A stretch of 64,000 bases of DNA from Protoeuglena noctilucae (Eukaryota), in the NCBI GenBank assembly GCA_958009085.1, contig OY253680.1:620001-684000 (forward strand). Reading direction: 5' to 3'. Positions 40,001-50,303 of this stretch are shown piece after piece (the stretch's first letter is position 1; every line of letters begins with the position of its first letter). Position numbers and translations under genes: made by a program. The notes below the pieces were generated by a model that had not been told where the DNA came from, searched no databases, and worked only from the letters and a program-made list of their open reading frames with translations.

Positions 40001-43000
40001 GCACGGGGGGAGGGGGGGTTGAGGGTGGGGGTGGGGGTGGCAGTGGGGGTGGTGGTAAGGGTGAGGGTGGGTCCTTGACTTTACTAGTAGTAGTATGCAA
40101 TTCACCCCCCTCACTCACTCCCTCACCGCAGGGCGACTCTCTTACCATGAAATCCGGCTCCCTGACCCACACACATCGCAAAGCGCTTTGACTACCAAGT
40201 GCAATTCACCCACCCTCACTTATACCCACCGCAGGGCGACTCATTGACCACCAAGTCCGGCTCCCTCACGCGTGGCTCCCCTCCCCGCTTCAAGGGGGGC
40301 AACGCGATGGAGGTGTCGGTGGCCAACGCCGTGAGGGAGTTTGTGGTCATGGGGAGGGACACGGGGCTGGACACGTTCAGGTGAGGGAGGGGAGGGGGTG
40401 ATGGGGATGTGATATGAGACAAAGATGAGGCGAGAGATGGGAAGAGGAGGGTGACGGGCATCACGCAGCAACTCAACCTCCCTTACTCGCTCTCACTTAC
40501 TCTCCCACTCCCACTCCCGCAGCCTCTCCATCACGCAGCAGCTGAACCTCACTCACTCACTTCCCCACCCCACCCCCACCCCCACCATACCCGCAGCCTG
40601 TCCATCGCGCAGCAGCTCAACCTGGATCGCTGCGATTTGTCCGTGGCGCTGCAAAGGTCCACCAAGGCACTCCGCAACATCGGCACATGCCTGTCTAACA
40701 TGCCAGCCTGCAAGGCGGTGGTGAGTGACGAAGCTCACTGCAGTGTGGAATGACGCATAGCTCTTAACTGCCCCTCCCCCCCAGTCTTTCCGCTACCACT
40801 AATACAATTACGACTCATTCTACTCCTACTTATACAATCACTCTTACTCCCATCCCCAGTCCCTCCGCTACGACTCATACTATTACCACTCACGCAATTA
40901 CTACTGCTTTTCTTACAAGTCCCCTCCCTTCCCCCCCCAGTCCCTTCGTTACAACTTCCTCAAAGTCCGCCACATATCCGACATCCTCACCGCCATCCGC
41001 ACCCACTGCCCCGCCAGCCCGGCGCTGAATGCTTTGGATCTGTCGTGGAACGAAGTGGGGGCGCCCGCCAGCCTGGCACCCGTGCCAAGCATCGGTGAGG
41101 GGTGCAATGATGGGGGGTGGTGATGGGTGCAGCGGCGATGCGATGCTGACCATACGGCATGTGATCGATAGCAATCGCCATCCCATCTCATACTCGATCA
41201 TATCAAGGTTGCATCAACCTTATTAAACCCCCCATCTGCCCCCCTTCCCCAGTCCGCCGCGGCCGGTCGAAGGAGTCCGGGTGGCCCACGATGGCGAGGG
41301 AATCATATGCGGGTTCCTTGGTCAGCGAGGACTCGTTTACTGGCAGACTGACGCGGGCGCAGCAGGAGGCGAGAAGGGCGGCCAAGAAGATGCTCGAGGT
41401 GAGGGATGATGGGAGGTGACCAGATAGTTAGTATATACTATATACTAACTACTCACTAGTTACTGCTGACGGGTGGAGTTGATAAGGCGGCGAAGAAGAT
41501 GCTGGAGGTGAGGGGAGTGGATGTGGGTTGATGTGGGGTGGCAGTTAAGCAGGGGAGGTGGTCGATAAAGCCAGGAGAGCTGCTTAACCCCACTCTCACC
41601 TCCAATCCCCACTCCCACCCCACACTGTCACCCCCAGCCCCACCCTAACCCTTACCCACACAGTCACTCGCACCCCCCCTCACTCACTCTACCCCCACCC
41701 TCACCCACACCCCCCTACCCCCTCCCCAACACCCCCCAACCCCACACCCACCTCCCCCCCCCAGCGCCACAACTCCTTCAAAGAGGGCCTGGCCCAGGGC
41801 GGCATCGCCACATCGGAGCTGCTCGCCACCGACCTGCGCAGCGGCACCGTTAATGACGCGGACCTTAGGGAGCTCATGGGGGGGTCTAAGCAGGGGCCGG
41901 GGCAGGGTGCTAAATTGGGGGATTTCGCTTGGGTGGATACGGTGATGGTGGAGGTGGACAGGAGGGGGCTGCCGGCGGCGATGGCGAGGAAGGGGAGGGT
42001 GCCGAGGGCGACCGTGCAAGTCGGTGAGGGGGTGGGTGGAGTGGTGTTGGTTTGTATTATAACATAGTTACTGTTATACTGTTATAGGTTTGTAGTTGAG
42101 GGGGAGGGTGCCGAGGGGGGCGGTGGCGGTCGGTGAGGGGTCGATGGGAGGAGTGGTGTTGGTTTGCAGTCCGAATGTGCGATCGTCGCATACAGCTCAT
42201 ATTGATCTATTCTCATTAGCTAATTCCAATCCCATCTTCTCCACTCCACACAGCCCCAGAGCTCGACCTGGACGAGGCTACTGCCTCCCCCGCCCCCGCC
42301 ATGTGCGCCATCTCTGCCTTTCTCGTCAGGGAGGCAGTGCTGTTTCCGACACTGGCGGCGCCGGGGGACCCCTTCGTGGGGTGGATGGGGGTCACGGGTG
42401 AGTGATGGTATGATGATGTTATATTGATTGATGATGAATGGTAACAAGTGATAGCAGTGGATGGGATGTGCATGGGACCCCTTTGTGGGGTGGATGGGGG
42501 TGACACTATATGTCGATATTCACAATACAATAGTATATTACATGTATAGATATAGATATATACAAAGAAACACACACATCACCCCCTCATCCCCCCAGAG
42601 AGCCGTGCGGTGCGTTTGGTGGGCCTGCGAGCGTTGGTGGAGCTGGGGTGGTTACAAGACGAGTCGCCCATCGTTGACGACGACGACGATGATAACAGTC
42701 GCATCGATCGTAATAATTACACTACCAACAATCACGAAGACAGGCCAGGGGCAGCTGACGGGGCCAGCCGTGGCACGAGGGGCAACGCGGGGAGCGTGCG
42801 GGAGGGTGATGGTGGGGATGAAATGCGAAGCGTGGCCGGGAGTGAGAGGAGCCGGGGGGGCGGCGGCGAGTCGCAGAGCGTTGCGGGGAGCGAAGCGGGC
42901 AAGCGGGGGGGGTGGGAGGCGGCGAGAGGGGCAGCGGGGTTGGATGCGGGGGGATGGGGAGCGGTAGCACGGAGCGTGGGGGGCGCGATGGGCCGAAAGA

Positions 43001-45076
43001 AGAAAAAGGAGCCTTTTGTGCTTGGGAAAGACGGGAAACTGCCTGCGATCGTGGGGGATCTGTTCGATGTGGCTGACTTGGACCCGGGGGAGCTGCCGCT
43101 GTCGACATACGGCCATGTGGATGGGGCGGGGCTGTGGCACCCGGAGATGAAGGTGAGAGGAAGTGGGGGGTCTAATGTGTAATTGAATTTACTTATTTCA
43201 ACTATGTGGTGGTTGATATGGGTCGTGGTGTGTGGCACCCGGAGATGAAGGTGAGAAGAGGGAAGGGTGGCAGCGGATGGGATTGTGATGTGTAGAGGTG
43301 GAGGTACATGAGACACTGTCGTGAACATCTCACAGCGATTACTGTTTTACGATAGTAATTGTAACGATACACCTCCTTATCCTCTCCCCACCCCTTACCA
43401 CCCAGGCCGGTCTGGTGGAGTTGCCCGGCGGCCGCATCTCTCAGTTGGTGTTGGAGGGGAATGAGATTCAAGACACGGCGACATTGGGGCTGCTGGGCGT
43501 GACGGTCGCGCACTGCAGGGGGCTGCGGGAGCTGTCGCTGTCCAACAACCTCATCGCCACCGCGGGGGTGGGGGCGCTGTGCAACGGGCTCAGGTGAGTG
43601 GAAGGGGGTAGGGGTAGGGATGGGAGTGATGGTGTGGGAGTGATTGTGGTAGGGATGGGTAGCAGAGTGGGGGCGCTGTGCAACGGGCTCAGGTGAGAGG
43701 GGGATGGGTGGTTAATTGTAGCGTTACTGTGGTGACAAGAGTTATGGTCGTATTAATTAAATTCTGATGCCCTCTCCTATCCGCACTTCCTTCCCTTTCG
43801 AACCCACACCCCCCTCCCTCACAGCCCACACCCCACCACCTCACCCCCCCTCATCCCCACCCCCCTCACCCCCTCACCCCCCAGGTTCGCCCCCCACCTC
43901 CGCGCCTTGGACCTCTCCTTCAATGACCTGGACGCCCGGTCAGTCGAGGAACTGGCGCTGATCATGCCGGCGTTGAGGGGACTGCAGGCGCTGGACCTGT
44001 CGTGGAATGTGCTGGGGGACGAGGGGGTGTCGTGCGTGGCGGCCGCGCTGCCGGACGCGCTGGCCATGACGGAGGTGAGGGGGGTACTGGGAAAATGATG
44101 AGCGGTTAAGATACTTTAATGATCGGGAGGGGGGGGGGGGGTTGGTGTGATGTGGCATTGTGGCGGCACTGCTGGACGCGCTCGCCATGACGGAGGTGAG
44201 GGGGTGGTGGGGTGGGAAGATATGGGTGAATGGTCGACATGGCTTGATGATGGGGGTCCTATGGTGTCATGTTGTGTTGTAATTTCACTGCCGGAAGCTC
44301 CCACCCCACGCGCAACGCCTTAGCTCCACCTCAACAATACGACACCCACCGTCTCACAAACACCGTCTCCCTTACTCTTAACACCCACTATCACCTTCCC
44401 CTCACAGCTCCACCTCAACAGTGTCGGTTGCTCCGACGAGGGTGCCCGTCTCATACCCACTGTCACCGTCTCACACTCACTGTCACCGAGCAACACCCAC
44501 CCACTGTCACTGAGTAACACTCACTGAATAGCACCCTCCCTCCCCCACTCCCAGCTCCACCTCAACAGCGTGGGCTGCTCCGACGAGGCCGCCATTTGCC
44601 TGAGCGAGGCTCTGCGGGAGTCACCGGGGCTGCCCATGCAGCTGCTGGGGCTGGACGGCAACGTGTTCACGAACGAGGGGATGCAGGCGCTGACCGAGGC
44701 CGTCAAGCAGAGGTAAGGGTGTAATGGGGGTGTTTGTGGCAGTGAGTGGGGGGCATGTGGCAGTAGATGGGGTTAAGCAGAGGTGGGCGTGGGGGCAATG
44801 GGGCAGTGGGTGGAGTGCATGAGAGTGACTGTGTTTATAGCAGTATGTGCGGTGCTGATCACAGCAATGATGCAACCACACAGTGACACCCTGGCCTCTC
44901 TCTCACACAACGATGCCCTTCACATCCCACTTCTCCGCCTCTCTTCTCTCTCAACACCGCCCACCACTCCCTTCTCCCCCCCCAGGGGCACCACCCTGTC
45001 CGTCATTGCACCGGGACTCAACAACGCAGTCTTCCATGACTGTGAGGGGAAGCCCGTGGGGACGGCTGCCTCGTAA
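37081..45076 (+). CDS. Large protein with RNI-like leucine-rich repeats (~18 exons)
   Basis: LRR units QQLNLDRCDL, LNALDLSWNEVG, ISQLVLEGNEIQD, LRELSLSNNLIATAGVGAL, LRALDLSFNDL, LQALDLSWNVLGDEGV, LHLNSVGCSDEA, LLGLDGNVFTNEGM. Frame-consistent exon chain from ATG 37081 to TAA 45074-45076. Confidence 0.75.
39741..40000 (+). repeat. Four-copy tandem array of an exon end plus 5' splice site (CTGAAGGCnGTnGTGGCnAAGGCACTG|GTGAGG)
   Basis: Copies start at 39743, 39826, 39909 and 39967 (periods 83, 83, 58 bp). Confidence 0.9.
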
Positions 45077-45342
45077 CAACCTGGTTGGCATCGTAACAAC
45101 CTGGGTTGTATGGTAGCAGACAGAGTGGCATGCAATGCACATTGCGTCTGTGTGCGCTTTCGTTTTACCGGATCGAACACGGCAGCTTGCAAAACCAGTA
45201 GCTCGCACGAACTGGTATTGAGCGCCGGCCGGTTGCCACATTCGTGCTTGCTGCTTGAAGCGGCAGAGATAGACGTGATGCAGATTGAACCAACGTATCT
45301 ATATGCAATGTCAATTATCTATTACTAATCAACGGTGCTCGT

Positions 45343-47297
45343 TCACTTGCCCCCCCGCCGGTGCTTGCGCACGACCCCGTCCGCAAACACCCGGAACGCC
45401 CTCTGCGCCACCGCCATCACGGGCATCAGCAAGATATCCATAATAACAGGGAATCTCTTGGGCACGACACCCCCCACCGAATGGGCCAGCAGGTCCGTGC
45501 CGAGGTCGGTGGAGGGCAGGTGGTAGAGCCCAGAGAGGAAGCCACGCATCAGGACTGCGAGGGGGAGAGAGAGAGAGAGATAAAGATGTGGTTGTGGTAA
45601 GTGTTCATAAGTGTTCATAGTCAAGGAAGAAAGAGTGTAGATGTCTCCGGTGGTGGTGGTGTGTTGACACTGCCTCGCGTCGGTGTCAACTGCGACCCTT
45701 TGTCAGCATTCACAGTCACAGCATCATGTACCATCACCATGTACCACCACCATATCAAAGCACCACCACACATTATCACCATCACGTCGCAGCCACCCCC
45801 GCGCCCCTCACCCCTCGCGGCCGCCTCCGCGCTGCTGGGGGCGGTGGCGGCCGATATCTCCCGGCAGCACGGGGGCTTGGTGAGGTTCTCGGTTCGATAC
45901 CCGGGGGTGTCGATGTCCACCGGGAAAGCGACGCACACGTCCACACCCGTTGCGCAGAGCTCGTTGCGCAGGGTGTCTCCCAGGCCGCGCAGTGCGTACT
46001 TGGTCGGTGCATACGACGCGTAACCACTGTGCGTGAGATGGGGTGGCAAGAGAAACATGAGGACTGCGAACGTGTTGCACAGATGTCCATGCTACAGGGA
46101 TGCTCTTTCATAAATGGAAGCACAGATGGCATTGCAAGGGTTGAGGTGGCCGGCGATTCGCGGAAACGTGCTTCGGTCGAGACATGCGCTCACTTGCCAT
46201 ACAATTGCCACTCGCCTGAACCCCAGCACTCCCATCGCAGACGCCACCAACACCACGCAGCCCTGCCGGCGCTCGGCCATGCGGGGGACGACGGCCTTGG
46301 TGCAGTGCACGGCCCCGAAGTAATTCAGAGCCATGGTGTCCTGGAAATCATTAATCGGCGCATCGACGAAGTAACCGGGGCGCGCAGTGCCTGGGGCGCG
46401 TGGGTCATGGGGGGAGTATGGGTAAATGGCGGTGCGTGGGTGAGGTCAGGGTGCGTTGGCCTGGTGAGGCGAAGGTGCGCTGGCTTGTTTTAGGCGGTCG
46501 GCACCGTGTGCTGTGCTGTGTCGTGGACTGCGAGTGCTCGCCTGCGTTGCACACCAAGACGTCGATGGGCCCCAGGTCTCTCTCGATGCCCGCCATCGTC
46601 GACTCGACCTGCCTCGCGTCCGTCACGTCGCAAGTGCGGTACGCCACGGAGCCGGAGAAACGTTCAACGGATTGAACGGCGTCCACGGCGACCCTCAGCT
46701 TGCCCTGCGCGGGGAGGACAGACGGGGAGAGAGCGAGTGTCGATGCCTGGCGCGGCGAGCGGCGGGAAATCTCCCGTGACGACGCGATTGCAGGCAAGAT
46801 ATACGCATCAGAAATACGCATAAGTCGCCGCGGCCCCCGCGAGCGCACCTCCGTGCGGGCGAGGAGCGTGATGCGCGCGGCACCCTCCGCGGCCATCTGC
46901 ACCGCGAGGGCCAGACCAAGCCCCTCCGATCCGCCTGTGATGACGACATGCTTCCCTCGGACCTTCCTTGCCCTCCGAAGCAGCCTGAAAGGCGGAGTCG
47001 AGTATGTTTGTTCAGCAGCAAGGGCACGACAGAAAAGCGCGATCTCCGATGACTCTCAGCACGCGATGCCATCGCCAAACAGCCAAGTGAAATCCACGAT
47101 ACAGCTGAGATAAGGCAAACGGGCCCATCTTTCCCGCATCATCCATCGGCAGCGAGCCCAGTCGCTCACCTGTGCACGAGGTAGTCCACCGCGCACACGA
47201 GGCCGATGACCAGTATGGCGATGCCATAGCCGGGAACACCTCTATGTCTCGTCATGAGGGCCGCCAGTCGGTCTACTGACCCGCGCAATCCGACCAT
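45343..47297 (-). CDS. KDSR: 3-ketodihydrosphingosine (3-dehydrosphinganine) reductase, SDR family
   Basis: N-terminal TM, KHVVITGGSEGLGLALA, GPIDVLVCNAG, MALNYFGAV, GYASYAPTKYALRGLGDTLRNEL, FPVDIDTPGYRTENLTKP, C-terminal hydrophobic segment. Start at 47297 or 47255. Confidence 0.88.
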
Positions 47298-47980
47298 AAC
47301 CCCCATGGGAACTCAGCCGCCCTTCCCGGCCTCTTCAAAGCATGGATGGACTGAGGGAGGCCGTGACGGGCGCGGTGACACTGCCTTGTTGCGTGTTGAT
47401 GCCAAGAGCAACTCTCCCTTCCGCCGTGAGGGACACAATGCACACACATACAAACCTAGGAGGGGAGCCTAAGCTGCCTCCGCTGGAAAAGAGGCAGGAG
47501 GGTCCGCTCGCTGGCCACACGGCGACACGGCTGCACGTGGTGGTCACTCGACGGTGCTCTGCTTTCACCATGCGCGTGGGGTCTTGCAACGCATCACCAG
47601 TGGGGTCTCCCCCACGCATGCAGGGCTCCGACCGCGGGGCTCGGGACTGGCCAAGCGAAGATTCTGCGCCAACAGCCCGAGCAAATGAGAGTGTGTGAGG
47701 CGCGGATCGCGAGCGCGCGATCAGAGAGCGCCGCATAAGCCAAGTCAAGGGCAGCCGCGCCACCTAGCCCGCGGTCCTGGGGCGTCCGCGATGGAAACGC
47801 TGGCACGACGCCGGTCTCTGTAGCGCGTGAGTGCGATATGCGGCGACGGGGCAGGTCGCATGAGGCGTCGGGCGTCGGCCGCCGCGGCTGCGGTCGCAGT
47901 GGGACGTTGCGGTTTGTTTAGCGATTCGTGGCCGCCTGCGATCTCCGCAGGTCGGCGGGGAGCGTCCGGCGGACCGTGAG

Positions 47981-49591
47981 ATGCAGCGAGAGTCGCAGGG
48001 TACCATGGAAGAAGGTCCGCGCGTCGGTGAGGCGCGCGCAAGAGGGCTGCAAATGCCCATGGCGCAGTTGCCTCGTAGCGGCAACCCGCGCTGGCCGGTC
48101 CCGCGCGCAGGGTGGGACGACCTGCCCGGGGAGCTGCATCGCGAGATCCTGCGGCTGGTGCCCCTGCGCGACGCGACGGCGGCGCGGGCGGCGTCGCCGG
48201 AGATGCGCGACGAGGTGGACGAGGTGTGGAGGGCGTGGGGCATCCGGGCCACCGCGAGGGACGAGCACGATGCCGTTGTCAAGCAATTTATGGGTGTCAC
48301 TTTCTATGTAGAGCTCGACTTGGGCCCGCTGGCGGTGTACGCGTTTGAGGGGTCCCATGCTCACCACCTGGCGAGCCTGGGACTGTGGTGGCTGGCCCTG
48401 CTGGTGGCGGCGGAGCCTGACGTCGATGGGATGCCCTGGCACGTGTCGGATGGCAGCCGGAAGATTCGAAACCAGTCGCCACTGATGGTGGCGGTCCGGG
48501 CGCAGCGGCCGGCGGGGCCGGGGACGGTCGGCAAGCTGGCGTCGGCGTCCGCGCTGGGGGACGAGGAGGTGGCTCGGATGGTGCGAGCGGCGGTGGCGAT
48601 GGGGGCGGACGTCAACCGGCGGCTGGATGGGGCGTGGCCGCTGATGTCGTACTGCGCGGGGCGTGGGTGCTTGGAGGCGGTCAAGGTGTGCCTGGCAGCG
48701 GGGGCGGAGGTGAATGCGCCTGGTGGGTCCGCCTCTGGCTTGAGTTGGTGGACGGCGCTGGTGGCAGCCGCATACTGGGGTCACGAGGCAGTGGTGGAGG
48801 TGCTGCTGGAGGCGGGGGCGTCGGCCACGGTCGGGGAAAATGGCGACGAGACGTTGCCGGAAGTGTGCGGGGGTTGCCCTACGCCGGGCATCGTGAGGCG
48901 GCTGGTGGAGGCGGGGGCGGATGTAAACGCACATGGTGACGAGGGGACGGCCGTCAGCGCCGCCGCACGTCAGGGCAATGTGGCCGTGATGGAGGTCCTG
49001 GAGGAGCTGGGGGCCGACGTGACTGCCGACATATTTGGCGACATGTCCGCGATGCACTTCGCGGCGGACGGGGAGGTGGTGCGTTGGCTGGCGGCGCGCG
49101 GGGTGAGCATCCACAGTGATGGATCCTCCAACTCCCCGCTTCATTGGATGTGTGAAGATGGTCGCGGGGATGCCCCCCGCGCCCTGCTCGAGCTGGGTGC
49201 GGATGTCAACCAAAGGGATGAAAATGGCCAGACGCCTCTCCACAAGGCAGTGCACGCTTTTCAGAATGCTGCGGGGGTAACGAGGCTGCTGCTGGCGGCG
49301 GGGGCGGACGCCAAGGCTGTCGATAGGTACGGCGAGACACCCCTGCACCGGGTGCGGGACGCGGCGTGCGTGGACCTGCTGGTGGACGCGGGGGCAGACC
49401 TGGAGGCGCGGGATGAGGACGGCCAGACGCCGATCTGCATGGCCGCCAGTAATGATTACATGAAGCCCCAGGTCGTGTTGCGGATGGCCGACCTTGGCGC
49501 GGACCTGGTCAACACGGGCGGGGAGGCGGGCTTGGTGATGCGCTGGGTGGAGGAGCTGCGGGCCCAGCGCAGCCGCGGCCAGGCCATCTGA
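47981..49591 (+). CDS. Intronless ankyrin-repeat protein with N-terminal F-box-like motif (536 aa)
   Basis: Single ORF. WDDLPGELHREILRLVPLRDATAARAAS is F-box-like. Ankyrin repeats include TALVAAAYWGHEAVVEVLLEAGA, GQTPLHKAV, GETPLH, GADLEARDEDGQTPI. Confidence 0.88.
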   Translation: MQRESQGTMEEGPRVGEARARGLQMPMAQLPRSGNPRWPVPRAGWDDLPGELHREILRLVPLRDATAARAASPEMRDEVDEVWRAWGIRATARDEHDAVVKQFMGVTFYVELDLGPLAVYAFEGSHAHHLASLGLWWLALLVAAEPDVDGMPWHVSDGSRKIRNQSPLMVAVRAQRPAGPGTVGKLASASALGDEEVARMVRAAVAMGADVNRRLDGAWPLMSYCAGRGCLEAVKVCLAAGAEVNAPGGSASGLSWWTALVAAAYWGHEAVVEVLLEAGASATVGENGDETLPEVCGGCPTPGIVRRLVEAGADVNAHGDEGTAVSAAARQGNVAVMEVLEELGADVTADIFGDMSAMHFAADGEVVRWLAARGVSIHSDGSSNSPLHWMCEDGRGDAPRALLELGADVNQRDENGQTPLHKAVHAFQNAAGVTRLLLAAGADAKAVDRYGETPLHRVRDAACVDLLVDAGADLEARDEDGQTPICMAASNDYMKPQVVLRMADLGADLVNTGGEAGLVMRWVEELRAQRSRGQAI

Positions 49592-50303
49592 GCCAGGTGA
49601 GGGCGGCGGTTGTGCCTGGGGCAGTGTCGATGAGCCGGGTGGTGACTTAAGCGGATGGTAGCGCAGTCCACGGCCGGCGCTGCTGCGGAGGTCGCCCTTG
49701 CTGCAACCGGGCAACTGGCAGCCGCTGCGTGACCGGCACCCGCAGGCAGTGGAAATGCGGACGATGGAGGCCAGGGCGGCGTGGGCTGGCGCAGCACAGT
49801 GGGTCAAGTCGCTGGCGCTGGCATGCCATGGGCGGGCTGCGTTTGGTGGGGCCCGGTCAGGGTTAGTTGCAAGGTCTACTGCACAGCGGAGAGTGGTGGT
49901 GCGGAGCCGGGTGCTGTCGTGCGGCTCTCTGGCTTGTATGCAGCGCCGCGAGCGACACGCGCAGCCTTTTGAACCAGCGCAGAGCGCAGTAGAGGTTGGC
50001 AGACGCGGGCAGGGCCAATCTGCAGACAGCTCTGAGACGACAGGAATCATGTTGTGGGCCTGAGATGTTGGATCCGCAGGGTGCTGAATGACCTGCAGCG
50101 GCTGCGATTGTTTCACTTGCAGCGGTGGTTCCTGACGCAGGTAGGGCTTATCTGGTGGCTTTGTGATCAACGCGAGATCAGTTCAGGGTCATGCTGTCCT
50201 GGAACGGTGGCCGCACGGCCCGCACGCTCTCGGCGTGAGGACAGATGGGCCGTCCATGAGGAGCCGCCTTGCGAGAGTGCTAGTTTCGAGCCCAGGGCTT
50301 GCG

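Noticed and set aside
11556..45000. Introner-type transposon origin of the introns
   Set aside because: Introns share composition but I saw no shared sequence family or terminal inverted repeats. The repeats match the local exon, not other introns.
47918..50170. 750-aa ORF on the minus strand
   Set aside because: Antisense shadow of the GC-rich ankyrin gene; Arg/Pro/His-rich with no motifs.
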